Of a stretch of DNA of 64,000 nucleotides, positions 51,424 to 61,213 are shown piece after piece. Positions within the stretch are counted from its first letter, which is position 1. Each line of letters begins with the position of its first letter. The position numbers were made by a program, and so were the translations under genes. The notes beneath the pieces are model-generated. The model saw only the letters and a list, made by a program, of their open reading frames with translations, was not told where the DNA came from and did not search any database. Source of the DNA: an uncultured bacterium (GTDB taxonomy: Bacteria; Patescibacteriota; Patescibacteriia; SG8-24; DYFX01); assembly GCA_937900255.1 (NCBI GenBank), contig CALCDZ010000002.1, positions 9,655 through 73,654 of the forward strand, in the 5' to 3' direction.

Positions 51424-52033
51424 AGGACGCATCATCGCCGTGGTCGGCACCATCGCCTCGGGAAAAAGCACGCTGGTCAGGCAGTTCGCCGACCGGTATG
51501 GCGCGGAAGCATTTTACGAGGGCGAGAGCGCCGACTTCCCGGAGCGCATCAAGGAAAACCTCCGCTTGAAGACGAACGGTCTCCAGACCGAGCTGTACTT
51601 CTTTTCGCAGACCGTCATCCAGTACGCCCAGGCCGAACGGTTGCGCATGGAAGGCAAGACCGCCGTGTTGGACACCTACTGGAAGACCAACGATTTTTAC
51701 CTCGATGCCGTCGTGCCGGATCCGTTCGACCGGGAGCTCTTCCGACGCTTCATGGCTTCCGTCGCCGAGCGGTTCCGCGCGCCGGACGTGACGATCTTCC
51801 TCGACCCGCCCGATACGGTCATCGCCGAACGCATCAAGCGGCGCGGTCGCGCGTTCGAGATGGACGCCTTGCCGACGGCGCGCGAAGTCGCACGCGCGCA
51901 CCGCCATCATTACGCCCAGGAGGCGAGCCGAGGCGCGGCGCCTCTCTTGATCGTCAGGGATGGGTCCTGCGACCTGGAGGCGCTGGCGGCGGCCTTGCAC
52001 CTTGAACCCGCCCTGCCTGCGGCCGCCGCTTGA
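51416..52033 (+). CDS. deoxynucleoside kinase family protein
   Basis: GTIASGKST P-loop; PD..IFLD..ERIKRRGR.FE lid. Confidence 0.8.
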   Translation: MNEGRIIAVVGTIASGKSTLVRQFADRYGAEAFYEGESADFPERIKENLRLKTNGLQTELYFFSQTVIQYAQAERLRMEGKTAVLDTYWKTNDFYLDAVVPDPFDRELFRRFMASVAERFRAPDVTIFLDPPDTVIAERIKRRGRAFEMDALPTAREVARAHRHHYAQEASRGAAPLLIVRDGSCDLEALAAALHLEPALPAAAA

Positions 52034-52104
52034 CGCGATTGGCCGCGCTCCGGTCCCGATGGTAAAATCCCGCCATCGGATTTTATCCCCACCCTCACGC
52101 CCCT

Positions 52105-52524
52105 ATGCCAAGCCTGGAAGAAGTCTACGGCCGTTTGCGCGCAAAAAAGCGGGAAAAGAGCGAGATCCAGAAGGCTTTCAAGGACGAGCTGGTCAATAAC
52201 CCTCGCTACCAGCAGGTCTCCGAGCAGCTCAAGACGCTGAAGGAGGAGAAGAAGTCGATCGAGAACCAAGCCTGGGCCAGCGCTTCGGCTGACGCCCAGA
52301 AGCTCGACCTCCTGACGCTCGACATCGAGTCGGACAAGGAGATGCTTTCCGATATGGCCCTGAACATGTACACCAAGGGCCAGACGGTCGAGATCGTCGA
52401 CGAGCACAACACCCGCTGGCTTCCGAAGTTTTCGGTCTCATTCAAGAAAGACGACGTGCTGCAGGAGGAGCGCACGTCGGCTGCCGCCGCGGTTCCGGTC
52501 CCGGAACCTGATTTCGCGGCTTGA
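52105..52524 (+). CDS. coiled-coil hypothetical protein
   Basis: GC3-rich frame; upstream TG-n-TAAAAT; Lys/Glu-rich helices. Confidence 0.75.
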   Translation: MPSLEEVYGRLRAKKREKSEIQKAFKDELVNNPRYQQVSEQLKTLKEEKKSIENQAWASASADAQKLDLLTLDIESDKEMLSDMALNMYTKGQTVEIVDEHNTRWLPKFSVSFKKDDVLQEERTSAAAAVPVPEPDFAA

Positions 52525-52537
52525 CGCGCTCCTCCCT

Positions 52538-53179
52538 ATGGACGAGAAGGCAATCCAGAGATTGAACACGGCCATTTCGGTGGTGTTCATCGTCGCGGCC
52601 GCCGCGCTCTTCATCATCGCTCTCAGGCACCGCGGCTCGGGCGCTCCGACCCCCGCGCCTCAAGCGGCGACCGGCACTCCGGAGACGGCCGCCTTCGACG
52701 ACCTGGCAGGCATGCGGCAGCTGCAGCTCGCCAAAGGTTTCGCCAGCTGGACTCCGGATGCCAAGATCGACGAGGGGAAGACGCGAGCGCTTTCGCTCGC
52801 CGTCAAGGGTCAGGTCGCCAAGGCGTATCTGGGCGTGAGCGCGTCGGTCGCCGGAAAGCCGCTCACGAAATACGAGAGCGTCTTCGTCAAGTTCAATGAC
52901 GTCGGCGGACACCTGTTCCGCCCGCGAAGCCTGAAGACCCCGGACGATGCCGGTCCGACCCGCCTTCTCTACGACCTGAACGAGCTTCCGGTCCTTCCGA
53001 GCGTGCCTTACGACGAGACGCGGAAGCCCACGACGGCCGTTCCATACGCCCTGTTCAAAGACGGCCGGTCCGTCAGGTTGACGGCATTCATCTCGTCCCT
53101 CCGCCCCGCGCTGCTCGAGGACCTGTCGATTTCCTACGTCTGCGCCGAGGGATCGGACTGCGCCATCGCCGCGAAGTGA
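52538..53179 (+). CDS. membrane-anchored hypothetical protein
   Basis: N-terminal TM, Pro/Ala linker, soluble domain ending CAEGSDC. Confidence 0.75.
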   Translation: MDEKAIQRLNTAISVVFIVAAAALFIIALRHRGSGAPTPAPQAATGTPETAAFDDLAGMRQLQLAKGFASWTPDAKIDEGKTRALSLAVKGQVAKAYLGVSASVAGKPLTKYESVFVKFNDVGGHLFRPRSLKTPDDAGPTRLLYDLNELPVLPSVPYDETRKPTTAVPYALFKDGRSVRLTAFISSLRPALLEDLSISYVCAEGSDCAIAAK

Positions 53180-53187
53180 TCGGGAAG

Positions 53188-53219
53188 ACGAAACCGCCTG
53201 TCGGCGGTTTTGCGTTTTT
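53188..53219 (+). terminator. intrinsic terminator
   Basis: AAACCGCC-TGTC-GGCGGTTT plus T-rich tail. Confidence 0.75.
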
Positions 53220-53266
53220 CTCGGCTATCCGTCTAAGATGGCCACGACCTTCAAACAGGAGTGAAA

Positions 53267-53995
53267 ATGGAACCGACGCTCTTTGACAGGCGTTCAAAAG
53301 CGCTTCTCGACCGTTTCGATCACGGGCAGCAACGCGCGCGGCGCGCAGAGCGGCCGTTCATGGTCGAATTGCTTGGAACTTCCAATTCCGGCAAGACGAC
53401 GTTGATGGATCGCCTTTATACGGAATTCAAGGGGATGGGGTACCAGGTGGCCAAGGTGCCGGAAGGGGCGGAGGTGATACCGCCGCCGCGCATGTTGCCG
53501 GTCTACAACCTCGAGACCGGCGACTATGCCGTGGGCAGGGCCCGCCGTCTCGCTTACGACAGGAACATCCATCTGGCGATTTTCGACCGCGCGATTTTCG
53601 ATACGGCGGTGTGGCTGGAGATATACCGTACCAGAGGCCTCATCAGCGAGGAGGAGCACGACGCGTTTTCACGGACGTATCTCAGCCGTTTCAACCGCGA
53701 GCTGTTCGACCTGCACGTCTTCCTCGTCTGCGGTCCGGAGAAGGCGCTGGCACGCAAGTACGGCGGGGAAGGATACGCCGCACGCGAAGCGCGTGGAGAG
53801 GTGGCGTATGGGAAGACCACGAACCCCGCCGCCTTGGCGGCATCTCTTGCCGCGCACGAGACCGTCTGGAACCGTCATGGATCCGATCCGCGCCTGTTCT
53901 GGGTCGATACGACCGAACTGGATGCCGGGGGCGTCGCCGAGCATGTATTTGAAGCCTGCCTGCAGGCTTTCGAACGCCGGCTCATGAGTCCCTGA
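53267..53995 (+). CDS. P-loop nucleotide kinase (thymidylate kinase-like)
   Basis: AGGAG SD; ELLGTSNSGKTT; IFDRAIFD. Confidence 0.75.
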   Translation: MEPTLFDRRSKALLDRFDHGQQRARRAERPFMVELLGTSNSGKTTLMDRLYTEFKGMGYQVAKVPEGAEVIPPPRMLPVYNLETGDYAVGRARRLAYDRNIHLAIFDRAIFDTAVWLEIYRTRGLISEEEHDAFSRTYLSRFNRELFDLHVFLVCGPEKALARKYGGEGYAAREARGEVAYGKTTNPAALAASLAAHETVWNRHGSDPRLFWVDTTELDAGGVAEHVFEACLQAFERRLMSP

Positions 53996-53997
53996 GC

Positions 53998-54025
53998 GCC
54001 GTGCTTCCTTAGCACGGCTTTTTTT
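53998..54025 (+). terminator. intrinsic terminator
   Basis: GCCGTGCT-TCCTT-AGCACGGC-TTTTTTT. Confidence 0.85.
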
Positions 54026-54041
54026 GTTACGGTGCGATGGC

Positions 54042-54635
54042 ATGACTCTCCCGCGCATCGGCATCGATTTCGACGGCGTCATCATCGACCACCGCCCGCA
54101 TAAGCTGCGGTTGGCCGAAGCGTTGGGATTCGTCCTTGAACCGTGGCAGACGAACGCGAACGTCATGGAAAGGCATCTCGAGGACGACAGCTACCGCTCG
54201 GTCCAGAAATCGCTGTATGGCGAGCTGACGGTACAGGCTCCTCCGGTCAAGGATGCGCTGGAAACGCTCGCGCGCTTGCCGGCAGAGCTTTATGTCATTT
54301 CCGCGCGCCGGCCCGAGAACGTCGCTTCGGCCCGCAGCTGGATGGCGAAGCATCGTCTGCATGATATCGTGCCGGAAGATCGCGTCATCTTCTGCTCCTC
54401 CGGCAAGGATAAGCGCGAGCATGTCGAGCGGCTCGGCATCTCGATCTTCCTTGACGACAAGATCGCGTACCTCGATTTCCTTCCGGAGCGGGTGCGGCGC
54501 GTGCTGTTCGACGAGGATGACGTCATGGCGCGTCTGGCCGTCCCGCCGCAGATGGAAACCGCCGCGTCCTGGCCGGAGTTCGAACTCCTGGTTTCCGGGG
54601 GCGAAAGGGAACCGACCCGACGATCCGGGGCATGA
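54042..54635 (+). CDS. HAD-family 5'(3')-nucleotidase (NT5C-like)
   Basis: IGIDFDGVI, VISAR, K...IFLDD. Confidence 0.8.
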   Translation: MTLPRIGIDFDGVIIDHRPHKLRLAEALGFVLEPWQTNANVMERHLEDDSYRSVQKSLYGELTVQAPPVKDALETLARLPAELYVISARRPENVASARSWMAKHRLHDIVPEDRVIFCSSGKDKREHVERLGISIFLDDKIAYLDFLPERVRRVLFDEDDVMARLAVPPQMETAASWPEFELLVSGGEREPTRRSGA

Positions 54636-54732
54636 AGCGCGACATTGCCTTTTTCCGGCGGCTTCTTTATACTTCCACCGTATTGTGGATGGACCGGACT
54701 TTTCTTTCTGACTTGAACACCGAAATTCCCGT

Positions 54733-56802
54733 ATGACACAGCGCAGCGGACGATCGTTTTTTCACTACCTTACGGTCCCGTTCATCTGGATCGGCAAGGG
54801 ATTGGCGGGCCTCGCAAAACCGACGCCCAGGGGCAGGACCCGCTGGTCGGTTTTCGTCGTGATCGCCGTGGCCGTCTTGGCCGGTTTCCTTGCCTATCCG
54901 CAGGCTTGGGATAAGGGCGCCGACGCCTGGAACGCCAAGGTCGTCACGGCCGCGAAACTGCCGAGCGCCTTCAAAGTCCCGCATTTCAAGAACATCGCTT
55001 ATCGCCTCGGACTCGATCTGCAGGGAGGGACGTATCTGGTCTACGAAGCGGACACGAAGGAGATTCCCGAATCGGAGCGCGCCACGGCGCTCGACGGCGT
55101 GCGCGACGTCATCGAACGCCGCGTGAACGCCTTCGGCGTCTCCGAACCGGTCGTCCAGACCAACAAGGCCGGAGCGTCTTGGCGCATCGTCGTCGAGCTG
55201 GCCGGCGTGAAAGATATCTCCCAGGCGATCCAGATGATCGGAGAGACGCCGATCCTCGAGTTCAAGGAAGAAAATCAGGCGAGCGCGGTTCCTTTGACGC
55301 CGGACCAGCAGAAGGCGCTGGATGCCAAGAATGCCGACGTGAAGAAGCAGGCTGCCGATGCGCTGCGCAAAGCCCAGTCGAACCCGTCCGACCCCGCCCT
55401 CTCTTGGGAGAAGCTCGGCCTCGTCGAGCAGGCGTCGCAGCCCGCCCTTTGGAAGTGGGCTGACGCTCACAAAACCTCGAAGCTCGCCTGGGAAACGGTC
55501 GACGACGGCCAGGAACTGAACGTCCTGCGCATCAATGGCCGTGACGATAGCCAGAAGGAGCTTCGTGCAAGCCATATCCTGATCTGCTTCAAGGGCGCGC
55601 AGGGCTGCAGCGAAGAAACGACCAAGGAGGCGGCACTCGCGCAGATCACCAAACTCCGGAGCGATTTGACGCAGAAGAATTTCGGAGAAAAGGCCAAGGC
55701 GTTTTCGACTGATGGTTCGGCCAAGGAGAATGCTGGCGATCTGGGCTGGTTCGGTCCGAACGCGATGGTCAAGGCGTTCGAGGATGGCGCGTCCGCGCTC
55801 AAGGTCGGGGAGATTTCCCAGCCCGTCGAATCGCCTTTCGGCTATCACCTCATCCTCAAGACGGGGGAGAGGCCGATGGTGCGTTATGACCTCGACCGCA
55901 TCGCCTTCAAGAAGGCGACGGCGGAAGACGTGCGCCCCGCGCCCGATCAGTGGAAGAACACCGGGTTGTCCGGCAAGGACGTCCAGCACGCCCAGGTCGA
56001 ATTCGACTCGACGTCCGGACGGCCTCAGGTCCTCCTCGCCTTCAACGATGAAGGGAAGAAGATGTTCGGGGAGATCACCAAGCGGAATGTCGGCAAGCTC
56101 GTGGCCATCTTCCTGGACGGCCAGCCCATCTCGATTCCGCGCGTCCAGCAGGAAATCAGCGACGGGAACGCCGTCATTTCCGGCACGTTCGACTTCAAGG
56201 AAGCGAAGCTGCTTGCGCAGCGATTGAATGCGGGCGCGCTGCCGGTACCCATCAAGCTGCTCTCGCGGCAGACGATCGGGGCTTCCCTCGGGCAGGACTC
56301 CCTGCAGAAGAGCCTGTATGCGGGTTCTCTCGGTTTCCTGATCGTGGTCGTGTTCATGATCCTCTACTACCGGCTCCCTGGCCTCCTGGCCTCGCTGGCC
56401 TTGGCCATGTATACGGCTTTCACGCTGGCTGCCTTCAAGCTGCTCGGCATCACCCTCACCCTCTCCGGCATCGCCGGCGTGATCCTCTCGATCGGCATGG
56501 CGGTCGATGCCAACATCCTGATCTTCGAGCGCATGAAGGAAGAGGGCAAGAACGGCCATCCGCTCGAATCGGCCGTCACCGAAGGCTTCAAACGCGCCTG
56601 GATGTCCATCAGGGACTCCAACGTCTCATCGCTGCTCACCTGCGCCATCCTGTACGGCTTCACCTCGAGTTCCGTGCGCGGCTTCGCGGTGACGCTGGCC
56701 ATCGGCATCCTGATCTCGATGTTCTCGGCCATCACCGTGACGCGTTCCTTGCTGCGCCTCGTCGCGCCCTGGGTGTCCAAACATCGCTGGCTGTTCAAAT
56801 AA
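54733..56802 (+). CDS. secD: protein translocase subunit SecD with inserted parvulin PPIase domain
   Basis: LGLDLQGG, RRVNAFGVSEP, GALPVP, GMAVDANILIFER; internal rotamase motifs. Confidence 0.95.
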   Translation: MTQRSGRSFFHYLTVPFIWIGKGLAGLAKPTPRGRTRWSVFVVIAVAVLAGFLAYPQAWDKGADAWNAKVVTAAKLPSAFKVPHFKNIAYRLGLDLQGGTYLVYEADTKEIPESERATALDGVRDVIERRVNAFGVSEPVVQTNKAGASWRIVVELAGVKDISQAIQMIGETPILEFKEENQASAVPLTPDQQKALDAKNADVKKQAADALRKAQSNPSDPALSWEKLGLVEQASQPALWKWADAHKTSKLAWETVDDGQELNVLRINGRDDSQKELRASHILICFKGAQGCSEETTKEAALAQITKLRSDLTQKNFGEKAKAFSTDGSAKENAGDLGWFGPNAMVKAFEDGASALKVGEISQPVESPFGYHLILKTGERPMVRYDLDRIAFKKATAEDVRPAPDQWKNTGLSGKDVQHAQVEFDSTSGRPQVLLAFNDEGKKMFGEITKRNVGKLVAIFLDGQPISIPRVQQEISDGNAVISGTFDFKEAKLLAQRLNAGALPVPIKLLSRQTIGASLGQDSLQKSLYAGSLGFLIVVVFMILYYRLPGLLASLALAMYTAFTLAAFKLLGITLTLSGIAGVILSIGMAVDANILIFERMKEEGKNGHPLESAVTEGFKRAWMSIRDSNVSSLLTCAILYGFTSSSVRGFAVTLAIGILISMFSAITVTRSLLRLVAPWVSKHRWLFK

Positions 56803-56803
56803 T

Positions 56804-57718
56804 ATGTTGCGCATCACCCAACACCGCCGCGTCTTCTACGTATTCTCGGGCATCCTCATGGCCGCGTCCCTGGCGGCATGGCTTCTCTGGGGACTCAAGC
56901 CTGGCATCGATTTCACCGGCGGCTCGATGATGGAAATCGAGTTTTCCAAAGGGCGTCCGACGGTCGCTGAGGTCTCCTCGGCAGCCAGCGCTTCCATCGG
57001 CTCCAAGGAAACGGGGGTCCAGCCGCTCGGCGAGAGCAGCATGGTCCTGCGCATGCCTCCGCTCGAGGAAACCGCGCATCGCAAGCTCTCCGCCGACCTC
57101 AAGGCGGCTTTCGAGAAGGACGGCGACACCCTGACGGAAAAGCGTTTCGAATCCATCGGTCCGGTCATCGGAGAAGAACTCCGCAAGAATACCGTCTACG
57201 CCGTCGTCGCTGCCATCTTGGCGATCGTGTTCTATATCACCTACGTCTTCAGGAAGGTCTCCTATCCGGTCGCTTCCTGGAAATACGGCGTCAGCACGAT
57301 CGTGGCGCTTTGCCATGACGTGGTGATACCGGTCGGCGTCTTTTCCGCCCTCGGGCATTTCATGGGAGTGGAAGTCGGCGCCTGGGTCGTCACGGCGCTC
57401 CTGACCGTCCTCGGTTTCTCGGTGCATGACACCATTGTGGTGTTCGACCGCATCCGCGAGAACCTTTCGCACGCGCATCGCGAAGGGTTCGAAGAGGTCG
57501 TGAACCGCAGCATGAACGAGACGATCGGCCGTTCCGTCAATACGTCGCTCACGGTGCTCCTCGTGCTGATCGTCACGTACGTCTTCGGGGGGGAATCCAT
57601 CAAGGACTTCATCCTGACCATGATCATCGGCATCGCCGCCGGCACCTACTCTTCCATCTTCGTGGCCAGCCCGCTCCTCGTGAGCTGGCAGCTTCGGGAC
57701 GAGCGCGCCCGGCGCTAG
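56804..57718 (+). CDS. secF: protein translocase subunit SecF
   Basis: GIDFTGG, GFSVHDTIVVFDRIREN, GTYSSIF. Confidence 0.96.
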   Translation: MLRITQHRRVFYVFSGILMAASLAAWLLWGLKPGIDFTGGSMMEIEFSKGRPTVAEVSSAASASIGSKETGVQPLGESSMVLRMPPLEETAHRKLSADLKAAFEKDGDTLTEKRFESIGPVIGEELRKNTVYAVVAAILAIVFYITYVFRKVSYPVASWKYGVSTIVALCHDVVIPVGVFSALGHFMGVEVGAWVVTALLTVLGFSVHDTIVVFDRIRENLSHAHREGFEEVVNRSMNETIGRSVNTSLTVLLVLIVTYVFGGESIKDFILTMIIGIAAGTYSSIFVASPLLVSWQLRDERARR

Positions 57719-57796
57719 ACGGCTCCGGAAAGCCCTTCCTGCCCGGCCGAAAACATGCTACGCTTCCGTCGAAATGCGGAAGCGTAGTTTTTTCCT

Positions 57797-59137
57797 GTGG
57801 ACTTCCCCCAAATCGTCATCAATCTCTCCGGACTCTACGGATTGCTGGAAAAGCCCTTGCCGGAACTCTGGTGGACGGTTTTCGTATACGGAGGCTGGAT
57901 TCCGGTCGTCATCATCATGTGGAACGGCTTCAAGGAACTCTGGCTGCTCTCGAGGCAGGACAAATATGCCCCGACGATCCAGTACATCGTGCTGAGCGTC
58001 AGCATCCAGCGCCTGAACGAGCAGACGCCGAAGGCGATTGAGCACATGTTCACGCACCTGGCGGGAATCTACTCCTCGCCGAACTTCAAGGAGAAATGGT
58101 GGGTCGGCAAGTTCACGCCGTCATTCTCTTTCGAATACGCCTCGATCGACGGCTATACCCAGTTCATCATCCGGACGCCCGTCCAATACAGGGACCTGGT
58201 CGAGGCCTCGATCTTCTCCCAGCATCCGGATGCCGAAATCGTCGAAATCACCGATTACACGAAGAACGTCCCGCACGCGTACCCGGATCCGGAGTGGGAT
58301 TGCTGGGGGACCGAGTTCACGCTCGCCAAGGCCTCCGCGTATCCGTTGCGGACGTTTTCGGAGTTCGAACATGCCCTCTCCCAGGAACTGAAGGATCCGC
58401 TCTCTACGCTGCTCGAGACCCTTTCCCGCCTCAAGAAGGGGGAACAGGTCTGGATCCAGATCCTGGTCTCGCCGCGCGACCAGGACTGGGCCAAGGAATC
58501 GATCGCGCTCACCGACAAGCTCAAGGGACGCCCGCCCAAGAAGAAGGCGCCGCCGCTTTGGCAGCACGTCATAGAATCAGGCGTCGGGTTCGGGGTCACG
58601 GCCCTCAACCAGCTCGCCGGCGGCGGGGCTACGGGCGAAGCGAAGAAGCCTGAAAAGAAGGAGGACAACAAGGTCATGAACCTCTCGCCCGGAGAGCGGA
58701 AGATGCTCGAACAGATCGAGATCAAGGCATCCAAGATCGGTTTCGGGGTCAAGATCCGTTTCGTGTATGTCGGCAAGCGCGGCGTCTATCGCAAGGGGCC
58801 CGTCATCTCCATGATCAAGGGGGCCTTCGGCCTTTTCGGGTCGCTGGACGGCAACAGCTTCAAGAACTACGGGAAAGTCGCCCCGAAGTCGGACTATTTC
58901 TGGCAGCGCTGGTCTGCGGACAAGAAAAAGACCAAGATCATCAAGGCGTTCTCGAACCGCTCCTCGAGCGGTGCCGACCGCTTCGTCTTGAATGTGGAGG
59001 AACTCGCCAGCCTGTGGCACTTCCCGCAGGTCCAGACCAAGGCGCCGCTTCTCAAGAAGGTCGAATCGAGGAAGGTGGAACCGCCGTTCTCCCTGCCGGC
59101 GGTGCCCGACGAATTGCCGGGACTGCCTGACGCCTGA
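57797..59137 (+). CDS. membrane-anchored hypothetical protein, probable partner of the downstream ATPase
   Basis: GTG start; N-terminal hydrophobic segment; FSFEYAS, QHPDAEI, EELASLWHFP motifs. Confidence 0.8.
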   Translation: MDFPQIVINLSGLYGLLEKPLPELWWTVFVYGGWIPVVIIMWNGFKELWLLSRQDKYAPTIQYIVLSVSIQRLNEQTPKAIEHMFTHLAGIYSSPNFKEKWWVGKFTPSFSFEYASIDGYTQFIIRTPVQYRDLVEASIFSQHPDAEIVEITDYTKNVPHAYPDPEWDCWGTEFTLAKASAYPLRTFSEFEHALSQELKDPLSTLLETLSRLKKGEQVWIQILVSPRDQDWAKESIALTDKLKGRPPKKKAPPLWQHVIESGVGFGVTALNQLAGGGATGEAKKPEKKEDNKVMNLSPGERKMLEQIEIKASKIGFGVKIRFVYVGKRGVYRKGPVISMIKGAFGLFGSLDGNSFKNYGKVAPKSDYFWQRWSADKKKTKIIKAFSNRSSSGADRFVLNVEELASLWHFPQVQTKAPLLKKVESRKVEPPFSLPAVPDELPGLPDA

Positions 59138-59142
59138 ACCCT

Positions 59143-61143
59143 ATGCCGTTCGAAGTCGAGCCGTACAATCACGACCACGAGAACGAGGTCATCCCGTTCG
59201 CCGAGACGAACTTCCGCGGAGAGAAGCGGCGTTTCGGCATCAAGACCGACGACCGCCGAAGGCACGTCTACATCGTCGGCAAGACCGGCATGGGCAAGAC
59301 GACCCTGCTCGAGAACTTCGTGCTCTCCGACATCTATGCCGGTCACGGGGTCTGCTACGTCGATCCCCACGGCGACACCGCCGACAAGATCCTCGATTTC
59401 ATCCCCCCGTGGCGCATCAACGACGTCGTCCATTTCAATCCGGCCGACATGGATTTCCCGGTCGGTTTCAACATTCTCGAGATTTCCAACGAGAACCAGA
59501 AGCACTTGGTCGCCTCCGGGCTGATGGGCGTCTTCAAGAAGATCTGGCCCGACGTCTGGTCGGCGCGCATGGAATACATCCTGCTCAACTGCGTGCAGGC
59601 GCTGCTCGACACGCCCGGCTCGACCCTTCTCGGCATCAGCCGCATCCTTGCCGACAAGGATTTCCGGAAGAAGATCGTCGAGAACGTGAAGGATCCGGTC
59701 GTCAAGGGTTTTTGGGTCAACGAGTTCGCCAAGTACACCGACAAGTTCGCTTCGGAAGCCATCGCTCCCGTCCAGAACAAGGTCGGACAGTTCCTGTCGA
59801 ATACCGTCATCCGCAACATCGTCGCGCAGTCGAAGTCGACCATCGACCTGCGCAAGATCATGGACACGCGCAAGATCCTGATCGTCAACCTCTCGAAAGG
59901 CCTGGTCGGAGAGGACTCGAGCAAGCTGCTCGGCGGCATGCTCATCACGCGCCTCCAGCTGGCCGCCATGGAACGCGTCGACATGATGGAAAAGGATCGT
60001 CAGGATTTCTACCTGTACGTCGACGAGTTCCAGAACTTCGCGACCGAATCGTTCGCCAACATCCTGTCGGAAGCCCGCAAGTACCGCCTGGCGCTCATCA
60101 CGGCCCATCAGTACATCGAGCAGCTGGAGGAGGAAGTGGCGGCCGCCGTCTTCGGCAACGTCGGCACCATCATCGCGTTCCGCGTCGGCGCGAACGATGC
60201 CCAGCAGCTCGCCAAGGAGTTCGCGCCGACCTTCGAGGAGACCGGCGAGGATTTCATCAACCTGGCGAAGTTCGAGATCTACCTGAAACTGATGATCGAC
60301 GGCGTGGCGTCGACGCCCTTTTCCGCGAAGTCGTTGCCGCCGATCGCGAAACGCACCGACAGCCGTGCCAAAGTCGTGGCGGCTTCGCGCGAGCGGTATG
60401 CCATCACGCGCGTCGAGATCGAGAAGAAGGTCAACGCATGGGCCGGGTTCGACGAGGAGACCGGGACGTTCATCGGCAAGCCTTCGGCTTCAGGAACCTC
60501 TTCGGGCGGCGATTCTTTCGGCTCCGATCCCGAACGGCAATACAAAGCCGCCTGCTCGCGGTGCGGCAAGGAACTGCATCTCAAGTTCCCTCCGGATCCG
60601 TCCAGGCCGTTCTATTGCAAGGAGTGCCTTCCGCTCGCGCGTGCCGAAGCGGCCGCTGCACCGCGGGTGCCGCAACCCTCAAGGCCTCCGGTTCCGGTCC
60701 GTCAGCCGGCGCCCATGACCCGGCCGCCGAACTCAGCCGTCGCTCCGGTGCCCGCACCGGCGAAACCGGTCGCGCCGCCGCCTCGCGCCGTGAGCCCTGC
60801 CTCATCCGCAGCTCCGGCGAAAACACCCGCCGTTTCGCCGAAGGCGACCGACGCGAGACCACCAGCCCCCCCGAAACCTCCCGTCCAAAAAACGGCTCCA
60901 TCTCCGCGCCCGCTCCCTCCCGCCCCGAAACCCGGCATGTTCGAGGGGAAGATCCGTCTCGTGCAGGAATCCGAACCCGAGAGCGCAGCGGTCGGCAAGC
61001 AGGAAAATCCTCCCTCACCGGCCCCTCCGAAAATCTCACCGCCCCCGGTCCCGCCCGTCCAATCGAGCGCTCCCTCCGTTCCGAGGGCGCTGAAGCCCGG
61101 CGAAAGCGTCAGGTTCGATGAGGAAGGGAAAAGCCCCGTTTGA
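59143..61143 (+). CDS. VirD4/TraD/HerA-like ATPase with CxxC-x17-CxxC zinc ribbon and Pro-rich tail
   Basis: RRHVYIVGKTGMGKT, DPHGD, LYVDEFQNF, EARKY..AHQY. Confidence 0.88.
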   Translation: MPFEVEPYNHDHENEVIPFAETNFRGEKRRFGIKTDDRRRHVYIVGKTGMGKTTLLENFVLSDIYAGHGVCYVDPHGDTADKILDFIPPWRINDVVHFNPADMDFPVGFNILEISNENQKHLVASGLMGVFKKIWPDVWSARMEYILLNCVQALLDTPGSTLLGISRILADKDFRKKIVENVKDPVVKGFWVNEFAKYTDKFASEAIAPVQNKVGQFLSNTVIRNIVAQSKSTIDLRKIMDTRKILIVNLSKGLVGEDSSKLLGGMLITRLQLAAMERVDMMEKDRQDFYLYVDEFQNFATESFANILSEARKYRLALITAHQYIEQLEEEVAAAVFGNVGTIIAFRVGANDAQQLAKEFAPTFEETGEDFINLAKFEIYLKLMIDGVASTPFSAKSLPPIAKRTDSRAKVVAASRERYAITRVEIEKKVNAWAGFDEETGTFIGKPSASGTSSGGDSFGSDPERQYKAACSRCGKELHLKFPPDPSRPFYCKECLPLARAEAAAAPRVPQPSRPPVPVRQPAPMTRPPNSAVAPVPAPAKPVAPPPRAVSPASSAAPAKTPAVSPKATDARPPAPPKPPVQKTAPSPRPLPPAPKPGMFEGKIRLVQESEPESAAVGKQENPPSPAPPKISPPPVPPVQSSAPSVPRALKPGESVRFDEEGKSPV

Positions 61144-61154
61144 ACGGGGTTTTT
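61129..61154 (+). terminator. intrinsic terminator overlapping the stop codon
   Basis: AAAAGCCCCGTT-TG-AACGGGGTTTTT. Confidence 0.75.
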
Positions 61155-61213
61155 CTCTTTTCCTTGCGCTGCGGTAAGATTCCTGCTGAACTCACGTCTT
61201 AGCTGACGAACCG

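Noticed and set aside
60640-61100. Pro-rich stretch as a DNA tandem repeat
   Set aside because: Low-complexity protein linker without a fixed nucleotide repeat unit
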